In this document: piece by piece, positions 1 through 7,725 of the stretch
How the letters are laid out: each line of letters starts with the position of its first letter
Position numbering within the stretch: the stretch's first letter is position 1
IMG/VR virus record: IMGVR_UViG_3300028812_000003
Span: 12,515 to 76,514 of that record
DNA: 64,000 bases
Strand: one strand, 5' to 3'
From: a virus
The notes under the pieces: generated by a model
Seen by the model: only the letters and a program-made list of their open reading frames with translations
Told to the model about the DNA's origin: nothing
Databases searched by the model: none
Made by a program: the position numbers and the translations under genes

Positions 1-2
1 CG

Positions 3-824
3 GGCGGCCTGGTGGGCGGGCCGCCCTGCCCGCCGTTCGGCAAGTCCGGGCGGAGGCTGGGCCTCACCGACCTGCCGCTGGTTCACGAGGCCATCGACAG
101 TCTGGCCCGGGGCCGGGACACCCGGGCCGCGCACGCTGCGGGGTGCCTGGACGCCCGGTCCATCCTGACCGCCGAGCCGATGCGCTGGCTGTACGACCTG
201 CGCCCGGCGTGGGTCGTCCTGGAGCAGGTGCCGTCGGTGCTGCCGGTGTGGGGGCACTACGCGGAGATTCTGGGCGACTGGGGGTACAGCACGGCCGCCG
301 GCGTCCTGCACGCCGAGCGGCACGGCGCTGGGCAGAAGCGGCCTCGCGCCCTCCTGCTGGCGTCCCGGGTGCGGGAGGTGTCACTGCCCGCGTCGACGCA
401 CGGCGGGCCGGGACAGCCGCCGCTGGTCGCCATGGCGGACGTCGTCGGGTGGGGGTACACCCGCCGCCCGTCCCCGGCGGTGACCGGCGGCGGGGTCTAC
501 ACCGGGGGCGCGGAGCCGTTCGGCAACGGCTCCCGGCAGGCCATGCGGAAGGTCATCGGCACTGACGCGTGGCGGGACCGGGCGCCGCTGTGCGTGCAGT
601 GCGCGGAGGGCGGGGAGCGGGACCCGGCCGAGCCGTGCAAACACCTGCGGCCGTCCCTGGCCGAGTGCGCGGCGCTCCAGGGGTTCCGGCCGGACCTCGT
701 CTTCCTCGGCAGGTCCGGCCAGCGGCACCTCCAGGTCGGCAACGCCGTTCCGAAGGCCCTGGCGCTCGCGGCCGTCCTCGCCGCGTCCGGTGTCGGCGAG
801 CGCGGCGAGGTGCTGGCGGCGTAG
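3..824 (+). CDS. C5 cytosine DNA methyltransferase, N-terminus outside window
   Basis: Motif IV GGPPCPPF, motif VI variant LEQVP, motif VIII QKRPR, motif IX ECAALQGF, motif X QVGNAVP; frame open to the left edge. Confidence 0.9.
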   Translation, partial: GGLVGGPPCPPFGKSGRRLGLTDLPLVHEAIDSLARGRDTRAAHAAGCLDARSILTAEPMRWLYDLRPAWVVLEQVPSVLPVWGHYAEILGDWGYSTAAGVLHAERHGAGQKRPRALLLASRVREVSLPASTHGGPGQPPLVAMADVVGWGYTRRPSPAVTGGGVYTGGAEPFGNGSRQAMRKVIGTDAWRDRAPLCVQCAEGGERDPAEPCKHLRPSLAECAALQGFRPDLVFLGRSGQRHLQVGNAVPKALALAAVLAASGVGERGEVLAA

Positions 825-930
825 CCGACTGACAGGCGTGGATACGCTCCGTCGGCCGCTACATGGTGACGCCCGCCTGGGACCGCATCATCCGCCCGCT
901 GTCCCCCTGAACGACCGACCGCCCCACCCT

Positions 931-962
931 GAAGCCCCGGAGCCCTCGCGGCCCGGGGCTTC
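931..962 (+). terminator. Hairpin terminator, GAAGCCCCGG...CCGGGGCTTC family
   Basis: 10-bp inverted repeat; closely related copies at 5730, 39939, 42827 and 56888. Confidence 0.7.
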
Positions 963-971
963 GTCGTGCCC

Positions 972-1012
972 GGGGTTGTCTTCCCCGGCACCCTATGGTT
1001 TAATTAATTCAT
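972..1012 (+). promoter_or_regulatory. Conserved promoter/operator copy 1 (TTGTCT-17-TTTAAT, extended TG)
   Basis: GGGGTTGTCT at 972-981 and TGGTTTAATTAATTCAT at 996-1012; one of nine copies. Confidence 0.8.
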
Positions 1013-1060
1013 CGGGGCGCTGGCCGGGCGGACCGCAGACCAGGGAACGGGGAACCGACC

Positions 1061-1603
1061 ATGACCGAGACGTTCGAGCCGGTGGACTTCAGCAACGTGC
1101 ACGAGGGCGACCGCGTCCAGTTCGTCACCAACGAGAACGGCTACGGCGGGCGCGGCTGGTACGAGCGCACCGGTGCGGTCGTCAAGGTCACCGAGAAGAC
1201 CGTCCGAGTCGAGTGCGACGACGCACCGACACGCGTCAAGCGGGACGTCGCGGTCCTGCGCCGGAATGACTGGCACCCGCGCTCCGTGCGCAAGGCCGCC
1301 ACCGAGCAGCCGGCCCGCCGGCCGTACAACGCGGAGAACGTGCGGATCGTGGACGCGGGCGTCGTCGTCACCGCCGTGTGGTGCTCCGACCCCACCGTGG
1401 ACCCGGCGGTCGCGCTGGAGAACATCCTGCACCGTGACCTGCCGTACGAGGTGGAGGTCATCGCCGAAGCCAGCTGGTTCTTCAAGAACGAGGGCGCCTA
1501 CTTCTCCGGGTGGGTCGTGGGCAGCAGCGACCCGATCCCGAACAAGCGCGAGGCGCTGCGGGAGCTGCGCCGCTGCATCGCCGACCACTTCACCCGCGAC
1601 TGA
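1061..1603 (+). CDS. Hypothetical protein (SH3-like N-terminus)
   Basis: 180-aa ORF with typical codon bias, preceded by promoter and GGAACCGACC-ATG motif. Confidence 0.8.
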   Translation: MTETFEPVDFSNVHEGDRVQFVTNENGYGGRGWYERTGAVVKVTEKTVRVECDDAPTRVKRDVAVLRRNDWHPRSVRKAATEQPARRPYNAENVRIVDAGVVVTAVWCSDPTVDPAVALENILHRDLPYEVEVIAEASWFFKNEGAYFSGWVVGSSDPIPNKREALRELRRCIADHFTRD

Positions 1604-1620
1604 GGGATGAGGCACAGACG

Positions 1621-1833
1621 ATGGCTGTTAGGACCCTGCGTCACCTCGGCAGCAGCGTGTACGCCACCAGCGACGGCCGTTACCGGCTGGAGCCGTACAA
1701 CGACGACACCGAGGTGACGCGCGGCCGAGGCCCGAAGCGCTGGTACGTCATCGACACGACCGGCGCCGAGCCACCCCGCACCGGCTACACCGTCTCCCGG
1801 TTCCGCCGGGAGTTCTGCACCACCGCTCACTGA
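1621..1833 (+). CDS. Small hypothetical protein
   Basis: MAVRTLRHLG..., 70 aa, follows the previous gene, GAGG upstream. Confidence 0.6.
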   Translation: MAVRTLRHLGSSVYATSDGRYRLEPYNDDTEVTRGRGPKRWYVIDTTGAEPPRTGYTVSRFRREFCTTAH

Positions 1834-1910
1834 CCAAGGAACCAGGAACGCAATTCCCGCCCCCGCCCGTATGATCCGGCGCCAGGGGCGGGGCAGGAGG
1901 GATAACGACC

Positions 1911-2126
1911 GTGACGACCAGTGTGCAGAGCCCGGACGAGCGCATCGTGGACCCGGGGTTCACCCGGGCCATGGACACCACCGAGACGGCGATAGCGGAG
2001 CTGCGCGGCCTCGGCGTGCCGATGGACCAGGCGATCGTCGTGGTGCAGCGCGTCTACAGCGCCGGCCGGGACCGGGGCCTGCACCTCGGCCTGCGGATGC
2101 TGGACGTCCCGGCCGCCGCGTCCTGA
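1911..2126 (+). CDS. Small hypothetical protein
   Basis: 71-aa ORF, GGAGG upstream of GTG. Confidence 0.7.
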   Translation: MTTSVQSPDERIVDPGFTRAMDTTETAIAELRGLGVPMDQAIVVVQRVYSAGRDRGLHLGLRMLDVPAAAS

Positions 2127-2158
2127 CGACCACCGACCAAGGAACGAGGAACCGACTC

Positions 2159-3040
2159 ATGACCGTCTACGCGCTGAAGCACCCCGACGGCCGCCGGCTG
2201 TACCACCTGCCGGTGCCGGACGCGTTCGGCCGGCCCGGGTTCACCGCCCGCGCCAAGTTGACCGGGATGTTCGCCGACGGCCGCCCGATGGCGGAGCTGC
2301 ACGGCGACTGGTGGGCCACGGACCGCGAGGCCGTCCGGCTCACCGCCACGGCTCAGCCCCGGCCGAAGACCGTCGGCTACCGGCTGATCGACCCGAACGC
2401 GGAGTCCGTGCGCTACCCGGCCACCCTCACCGTCGAGGAGCGGAACGAGCGCGTGAGGGGCGACGAGGACGCGCTGTGGTCGTTCTACACGGACGTCACC
2501 GAGGAGCAGCCGCCGCTGGAGCACGTCTACGACGGCCCGGTGGTGTTCCTGGAGGGCCGGGAGCCGCCGGCACCTGACGAGCCGCAGTGGGTCGCGCAGC
2601 TCCCGTACATGCTGGCCGAGCGGACGGAGTACGCGCACCTGTTCCCCGGGCACATCCCTGGCCTGGCCGCCCACCTGATGGCCGTCTTCAAGGGGATGCC
2701 GCGCGTCGACTTCGTCTCCCTGAACTTCCAGAACAGGCCCGGCGTGCACGTGAGCCTGTACGTCCCGTACGACGAGCCCCGCACCGAGTGGCGTGCCAAC
2801 ACCGGACGCGGCGGCCGGCCGCTGAAGTCGGGCAGGCACGTGCCGGTGAAGGTCAACCGGCGTCTGACTCTGCCGATCCCGGACCGGGTCGCGGCCGACA
2901 ACTACGCCGAGGCGCTGGAGCAGTGGCAGCAGCAGGTCACCCACTGGACGGGCGTGGTGGAGTCCGTGTCGGTCGCCGCGTGCAGCCACTGCGACGGCAA
3001 GGGCTACGTCTCGCACGGCGCGGAGCAGTACGGCCGCTGA
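2159..3040 (+). CDS. Hypothetical protein with C-terminal CxxCxGxG motif
   Basis: ATG at 2159 after GACCAAGGAACGAGGAACC; ends CSHCDGKG. Confidence 0.8.
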   Translation: MTVYALKHPDGRRLYHLPVPDAFGRPGFTARAKLTGMFADGRPMAELHGDWWATDREAVRLTATAQPRPKTVGYRLIDPNAESVRYPATLTVEERNERVRGDEDALWSFYTDVTEEQPPLEHVYDGPVVFLEGREPPAPDEPQWVAQLPYMLAERTEYAHLFPGHIPGLAAHLMAVFKGMPRVDFVSLNFQNRPGVHVSLYVPYDEPRTEWRANTGRGGRPLKSGRHVPVKVNRRLTLPIPDRVAADNYAEALEQWQQQVTHWTGVVESVSVAACSHCDGKGYVSHGAEQYGR

Positions 3041-3066
3041 CGGCCGGCCAGACTCGCCAGGGTCCC

Positions 3067-3106
3067 GGGGTTGTGCGTCCCGGGGCCCTGTGGTTTAATT
3101 AAATCA
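3067..3106 (+). promoter_or_regulatory. Conserved promoter/operator copy 2
   Basis: TTGTGC (3071) -17- TTTAAT (3094). Confidence 0.75.
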
Positions 3107-3143
3107 ATGGCCGGGTGGACCGGCCGGGAACGAGGAACCGACC

Positions 3144-3731
3144 ATGAGCGCACCCCGCAAGGGCGGAGGCCACAGCAAGGGCCAGTCCATGCCGTACGCC
3201 GTCGTGTACGCGTGGGACGGCGACAAGCCGGTCCGAAACGCGAAGTGGACCCTGGGCGCGGCCGAGGCCGCGATGCTCGACACGCTGCGCGCCGCGAACG
3301 CGCGGGGCGGAGAGCTGGAGATCCGGGTCACCGACCGTGCGACCGGCGAGACCGTGGTGGAGCCGCAGCGCTGCGCCGTGTGCCGCGACCAGTGGGCCAC
3401 CGAACTCGGCCGCACCGACGGCGGGTACACGCTGTGCGGCACCTGCGACGAGGACGACCTGTCCGCCGATGAGCCGGTGACCCCGGCCGCGCCCGAACTG
3501 TCGGCCCCGCTCCTCGCGGCCCTCCGGGCCAAGGGGCTGGACCCCTCCGCGCGGCCGGACGGCACGGTGACCGTGACCACGAACGACATCGACTGGACGC
3601 TGCGCCCGGAGCCGCACGCGGTCACGGGCGAGCCGTGCGGCGTGTGGTCGGCCGTCGGCCCCGTCGGCTCGCGCGGCATGTTCGGCGCGTCCAACGCGGC
3701 GGAGTTCATCGCCCAGCGCACCACCCCGTAG
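3144..3731 (+). CDS. Hypothetical protein with two CxxC motifs
   Basis: 195-aa ORF, CAVC and CGTC, start motif present. Confidence 0.75.
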   Translation: MSAPRKGGGHSKGQSMPYAVVYAWDGDKPVRNAKWTLGAAEAAMLDTLRAANARGGELEIRVTDRATGETVVEPQRCAVCRDQWATELGRTDGGYTLCGTCDEDDLSADEPVTPAAPELSAPLLAALRAKGLDPSARPDGTVTVTTNDIDWTLRPEPHAVTGEPCGVWSAVGPVGSRGMFGASNAAEFIAQRTTP

Positions 3732-3798
3732 ACCTGGCGCACGACGGCCGGGGCACCGTCGCCCCGGCCCCACCGATCACGGAAACGAGGAACCGACC

Positions 3799-4395
3799 AT
3801 GACCAGGCAGACCGCCGCCCCGCTGGAACACGCCAGCCTGAACCCCTCAGCCCGTCAGGCGCGCGAAATCGCACGAACCGTCACCGAGGGGCACCTCCTG
3901 CTCAGCCCGCCGTACCAGCGCGGCAGCGTGTGGACGACCGACCAGCGCATCGCCCTGGTGGAGTCCTGGCTGCGCGGCCTGCCCGTTGGCGTTGTCATCC
4001 TCGCCGACCGGGCCACCGAGGAGTGGCGCACGGCCAACCCCGGCCGCGACCCGTACGAGACGGGCGGTGCCTTCTGGGCGGTCATCGACGGCCGGCAGCG
4101 ACTCACCACCGCGTGCATGTGGTTCGCCGGCGAGTTCGCCGTCCCCGCGTCATGGTTCCCGACCGACCGCATCGAATTCACCGAGGACACCTGCGACGGC
4201 CCGTACGTCCGGTACACCGGTCTGACCGTGCCGGGGCAGCGGATTTTCGCCAACCGAGCGCAGTTCATGGTCGCCGAGACGAAGGCGTGCGCGACCGAGG
4301 CAGACGAGGCCAGGTTCTACCTGCTGGTCAACGGCGGCGGCACGCAGCAGACCGAGGCCGACATGGCCAACGCGGCCCGCGTCGCGGGTCACTGA
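3799..4395 (+). CDS. Stand-alone DUF262 (GmrSD/ParB-superfamily) domain protein
   Basis: PYQRGSVW, VIDGRQRLTT and FYLLVNGGG match the DUF262 QR, DGQQR and FxxxN motifs. Confidence 0.85.
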   Translation: MTRQTAAPLEHASLNPSARQAREIARTVTEGHLLLSPPYQRGSVWTTDQRIALVESWLRGLPVGVVILADRATEEWRTANPGRDPYETGGAFWAVIDGRQRLTTACMWFAGEFAVPASWFPTDRIEFTEDTCDGPYVRYTGLTVPGQRIFANRAQFMVAETKACATEADEARFYLLVNGGGTQQTEADMANAARVAGH

Positions 4396-4415
4396 CCGCC
4401 GAGACGAGGAACGAC

Positions 4416-4667
4416 ATGAACAAGAACCTGCTGAAGGCCCTGGCCGAGATGGAGGACGGCGACGACCGGCCCGGTGTGAAAGCCCTGTCGACGTACGACA
4501 TCCGTGAGTGGGCCGAGGACCCCCACGGGGGTGGTCTCCCCGCCGTCTCCGCCGACGCATTCGCCAAGTGGCTGGACGGAGTCTTCTACGACTGGAGCGA
4601 GGACGGCGAGACGACCAACGAGGACATTCTGAAGGGTGCGCGGGCTCACTGGGTCGGCGAGGCGTAG
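4416..4667 (+). CDS. Small acidic hypothetical protein
   Basis: MNKNLLKALAEM..., 83 aa, GAGGA RBS. Confidence 0.7.
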   Translation: MNKNLLKALAEMEDGDDRPGVKALSTYDIREWAEDPHGGGLPAVSADAFAKWLDGVFYDWSEDGETTNEDILKGARAHWVGEA

Positions 4668-4731
4668 CACGACGGCCGGCCGGGAGCCGCGATCCCGGCA
4701 CCGCTCGCAGGCTCACGGGCCTGCGGCACAC

Positions 4732-4830
4732 GGGGCTGTAGCACAGTCAGGCAGTGCACCCGTGAAGCGCGTTCCTTGGTCGGTTCCCGCGCTCCGGGAG
4801 ACTCCGGTTCGAGTCCGGACAGGCCCACCA
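4732..4830 (+). ncRNA. tRNA-like RNA with extended anticodon arm ending in a 16-nt loop (TTCCTTGGTCGGTTCC)
   Basis: Acceptor GGGGCTG/CAGGCCC + A + CCA; T8A9; D-arm GCAC-AGTCAGGCA-GTGC; T-arm TCCGG-TTCGAGT-CCGGA; CCCG/CGGG stem extended by AGCGCG/CGCGCT. Confidence 0.85.
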
Positions 4831-4866
4831 CCGACAGACCACCGACGACCAGGGAAGTGAGGAAGC

Positions 4867-5535
4867 ATGAGCGCACGAGAGTGGGTCTACGCCCGGTTGA
4901 CCGGGGCCCGCATCAGCCCGGAAGACGCGGCCCGGAAGCTGGACGACTACCACGAGGAAGCGCGCCGGGAGATCCTGGGCAGCGACCTGAACCCCTCCAG
5001 CCTCGTGCTGGACGCGCAGGCGTACCGGCGGCTGCGAGACGGCATCCAGGCCACGATGGCCGACCCGGACCGGTGGGACCAGGACGGGGCTGAGGACTCG
5101 ATCCTGGCCGACTACGTGAAGTGGCTGGCCGACGGCAAGCCCGCGCGGGACGACGGCTGGGACGGGGAGATGCCTTCCCGGCAGACGCTGCCCGACGTCC
5201 TGCGGGGCGCGGCCGACCGGATCGACGCGGAGGACGTGCCGCAGACCGCCGAGGACACGGCCGACTTCTGTGACGGCGCCCGATGGGCCACGGCCCAACT
5301 GCGAGCCATCGCCGGCGAGGCGGACGCAGCGCCCGAGGACATCGGCTGGCTGCCCGACTGGCTGGCGGGGCTGGCCCGGGACCACGCCGCGTCGCTCCTG
5401 TCCGACGACGAGCGCGCGATCCTGCGCTACGCCGTGGGCCTCGCGCAGGAGCAGATGTTCTCGCGCGGTGACGAATTCACCGACGCCGACGAGGCGGCGC
5501 TGGAGTCGCTGAAGCGTCTCGCGGGCGAGGGGTAG
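4867..5535 (+). CDS. Hypothetical protein
   Basis: 222-aa ORF preceded by CGACCAGGGAAGTGAGGAAGC. Confidence 0.8.
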   Translation: MSAREWVYARLTGARISPEDAARKLDDYHEEARREILGSDLNPSSLVLDAQAYRRLRDGIQATMADPDRWDQDGAEDSILADYVKWLADGKPARDDGWDGEMPSRQTLPDVLRGAADRIDAEDVPQTAEDTADFCDGARWATAQLRAIAGEADAAPEDIGWLPDWLAGLARDHAASLLSDDERAILRYAVGLAQEQMFSRGDEFTDADEAALESLKRLAGEG

Positions 5536-5537
5536 CC

Positions 5538-5717
5538 ATGGCGACGTACGTGAAGGCGTCCGACACGGACCCGTTGAACGTGGAGCCCCGACCTATCTGC
5601 AACGCGGGCTCACGGTTCGACCCGGAAGGGTTCCCGCTACCGGTCGGCGACGACCAGCCCCGCCGCTGGGTCCCGCTGTGGGGTGGTCCCTGCACCGCCT
5701 GTGGCACGCCCTGCTGA
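5538..5717 (+). CDS. Small Cys-containing hypothetical protein
   Basis: MATYVKASDT...CTACGTPC, 59 aa, coupled to the upstream gene and followed by a terminator. Confidence 0.55.
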   Translation: MATYVKASDTDPLNVEPRPICNAGSRFDPEGFPLPVGDDQPRRWVPLWGGPCTACGTPC

Positions 5718-5729
5718 CCCCGCACAGCC

Positions 5730-5764
5730 CGAAGCCCCGGAGCCCTCACGGCGCCGGGGCTTCG
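5730..5764. terminator. Hairpin terminator between convergent genes
   Basis: CGAAGCCCCGG...CCGGGGCTTCG. Confidence 0.75.
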
Positions 5765-5774
5765 TCGTGTCCGC

Positions 5775-6590
5775 TCACCGCGTGAGGCGGTCGATCTTCC
5801 CGGCGAGGTCGCGGACCTGCGCGGCCAGCACCTGACCCCGTTCCGGATCGGCCTCCAGGGCGTCGGCGATGACCCGCCCGCGCAGCGCCCGGTGGGCACC
5901 GCGCAGCGCGGCCAGACCCTGTTCCAGCCGGACGAGTGCGCGGGCCTGCTCGGGGGTGTGCTCGGTCACCGGCTCCGCCGGCTGCCCCTCGGCCGGGGCG
6001 GGCGCGGGCGGCGGAAGGTAGTTGAGCCGGTCGGCCGCTCCCCGGATCGCCTTGACGGTGACCTTGTCGCCGGACTGCCGTGCGGCGGCGACCACCTCGC
6101 GCACGGCGACCTCCCCGTGGGCGGCGAGGACCGGGGCGAGGGCGCGGGCCTGCGACTCCACCGGCGCCGTGTCGAAAATTTTCGACATGACCAGCATGAC
6201 CGGGGCGGCGTCGATGAGCTGGTAGGCGCGGGTGCGGTCCATGTCCCACCGCTGCCTGATGTAGTCCTCGAACGTCTCGTGCGTCAGCCGGAACAGGGTG
6301 TCGTCCCGGATCGCGCGCAGCGCCGTCCCGGCCTCCACGACGAACCGTGCGCGGGCCGCCTTGAGCGACCCGGCGGCCGTCTCCTGCGCCTCGGAGATGG
6401 CCGCCTCGAACGCGGCGAGACGCTGTTCGTCGGTGCCGGTGACGGCCGCCGGGTCGAGCGGCCGGGGTGCGAACGGGTCCGGCGTCTCGGGTTGCGCGGG
6501 CAGCAGCGGGTTGACGGCCGGCGCGGCGACGCGGGACCGGGCTCCGGTGAGCAGCGCGGCGCGGTCGACGCGGGGGCGTGCGGTGCTCAC
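5775..6590 (-). CDS. Putative ParA partner / centromere-binding protein
   Basis: Overlaps the parA stop; unstructured N-terminus, then helical region TFEDYIRQRWDMDRTRAYQLI. Confidence 0.6.
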   Translation of the reverse strand: MSTARPRVDRAALLTGARSRVAAPAVNPLLPAQPETPDPFAPRPLDPAAVTGTDEQRLAAFEAAISEAQETAAGSLKAARARFVVEAGTALRAIRDDTLFRLTHETFEDYIRQRWDMDRTRAYQLIDAAPVMLVMSKIFDTAPVESQARALAPVLAAHGEVAVREVVAAARQSGDKVTVKAIRGAADRLNYLPPPAPAPAEGQPAEPVTEHTPEQARALVRLEQGLAALRGAHRALRGRVIADALEADPERGQVLAAQVRDLAGKIDRLTR

Positions 6591-7252
6591 CGGGTCACCT
6601 CGTCCAGCAGCTCGCCGGCGAGCAGCGCCATGGGGCTGCCCTGCTCTATGCGGGGCGGGCGGCCGAACGCCTGCGCGTAGCCGTCGCGGCCGTCGCTGCG
6701 GGGCACCTCGGTACGCATCACGGTGAAGCCGGCGCCCGTCAGGTCTTCCCGCGTCTCGCGGGCGGAGGACGCGGAGCGGTTGACCATCGTCATGAGCAGC
6801 AGCAGCCGGGGCGGCACGACGCCGACGGCTTCCAGTTGCTCGACTGCCTTGAGCACCGAGCCGGCGCGCTCCAGCTCTATCGGGGTGGGCTGCACGGCGA
6901 GGACGACCAGGTCACTGGCGGCCAGCACGGCGAAGTGCGCGTTCCCCGACCGGCGCTCCCACGCCCCGGTGTCGATGAGCGCCAGGCCGTGGGGTGGGGT
7001 GAGCCGGCGGGCCTCGTCGGCGATGCGGGACGCGGCGGGCGCGCGGTAGACCGGGGCGCCGAGATCCGCGCTGTCCGACCAGGCGTACAGGCTGCCGTCC
7101 TCCTGCTCGCCGGGGTCGTCGGCGTCGATGCCGACGGCGGGGACGCCGGTGGAGCCCCAGTGCGCGAGCAGGTGACCACAGGTGGTGGATTTGCCGCTGC
7201 CGCCCTTGCCGATGACGCCGATGCGCCTGCCCTCGGCTGGTAGTCGTGTCAT
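6587..7252 (-). CDS. parA: ParA-family partition ATPase (short, plasmid type)
   Basis: Deviant Walker A KGGSGKSTT, IDAD, LIDTG, SDLVVLAVQPTPIE. Confidence 0.9.
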   Translation of the reverse strand: MTRLPAEGRRIGVIGKGGSGKSTTCGHLLAHWGSTGVPAVGIDADDPGEQEDGSLYAWSDSADLGAPVYRAPAASRIADEARRLTPPHGLALIDTGAWERRSGNAHFAVLAASDLVVLAVQPTPIELERAGSVLKAVEQLEAVGVVPPRLLLLMTMVNRSASSARETREDLTGAGFTVMRTEVPRSDGRDGYAQAFGRPPRIEQGSPMALLAGELLDEVTR

Positions 7253-7330
7253 GCCTGTCTCCCGGTTCCTCGGTCGGTGGTCCGGGATGAGCGTAGCGAG
7301 CGCCGGGCGGGCTCCGCCGGAAGGGTCGCG

Positions 7331-7370
7331 GGTGTTGTCCCGGACGGGCGACTATGATTTAATTAAGTCA
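7331..7370 (+). promoter_or_regulatory. Conserved promoter/operator copy 3
   Basis: TTGTCC (7335) -17- TTTAAT (7358). Confidence 0.75.
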
Positions 7371-7416
7371 CCGGGACGGACGGCCGGACCGGCAGACCAC
7401 GGAACGAGGAACCGAC

Positions 7417-7692
7417 ATGCGGCAGACGACATGGGCCGAATGGGAGCCGGACGCCATGAGCGAGGCGGCGGAGCTGGAGGGGTACACGGACCTGACCGCG
7501 TTGAAGGTCCCCGAGCAGCGGCTGGTGGAGTCCATGCCGTACCACGCCGCGTTCTCCGACTACCGCTTCCACGTCGTCGGCTGCGCCGACTGCCGGCGCG
7601 ACGACCGGGCGGACTGCCCCGAGGGCGAGGCCCTGCTGGCCGTCTCCCGCATCGGCGTGGACGAACAGCACCGCGCCGCCGCGCACAACTGA
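7417..7692 (+). CDS. Small hypothetical protein (HxxxCxxC...C)
   Basis: 91-aa ORF, start motif present. Confidence 0.75.
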   Translation: MRQTTWAEWEPDAMSEAAELEGYTDLTALKVPEQRLVESMPYHAAFSDYRFHVVGCADCRRDDRADCPEGEALLAVSRIGVDEQHRAAAHN

Positions 7693-7725
7693 TCGAACCG
7701 GAACCGACCAGGGAACGAGGAAGAC

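Noticed and set aside
4732-4830. Ordinary tRNA, intron-containing tRNA, or tmRNA
   Set aside because: No 7-nt anticodon loop. The insert is far too short for a self-splicing intron. There is no G3-U70 pair or tag ORF as in tmRNA.
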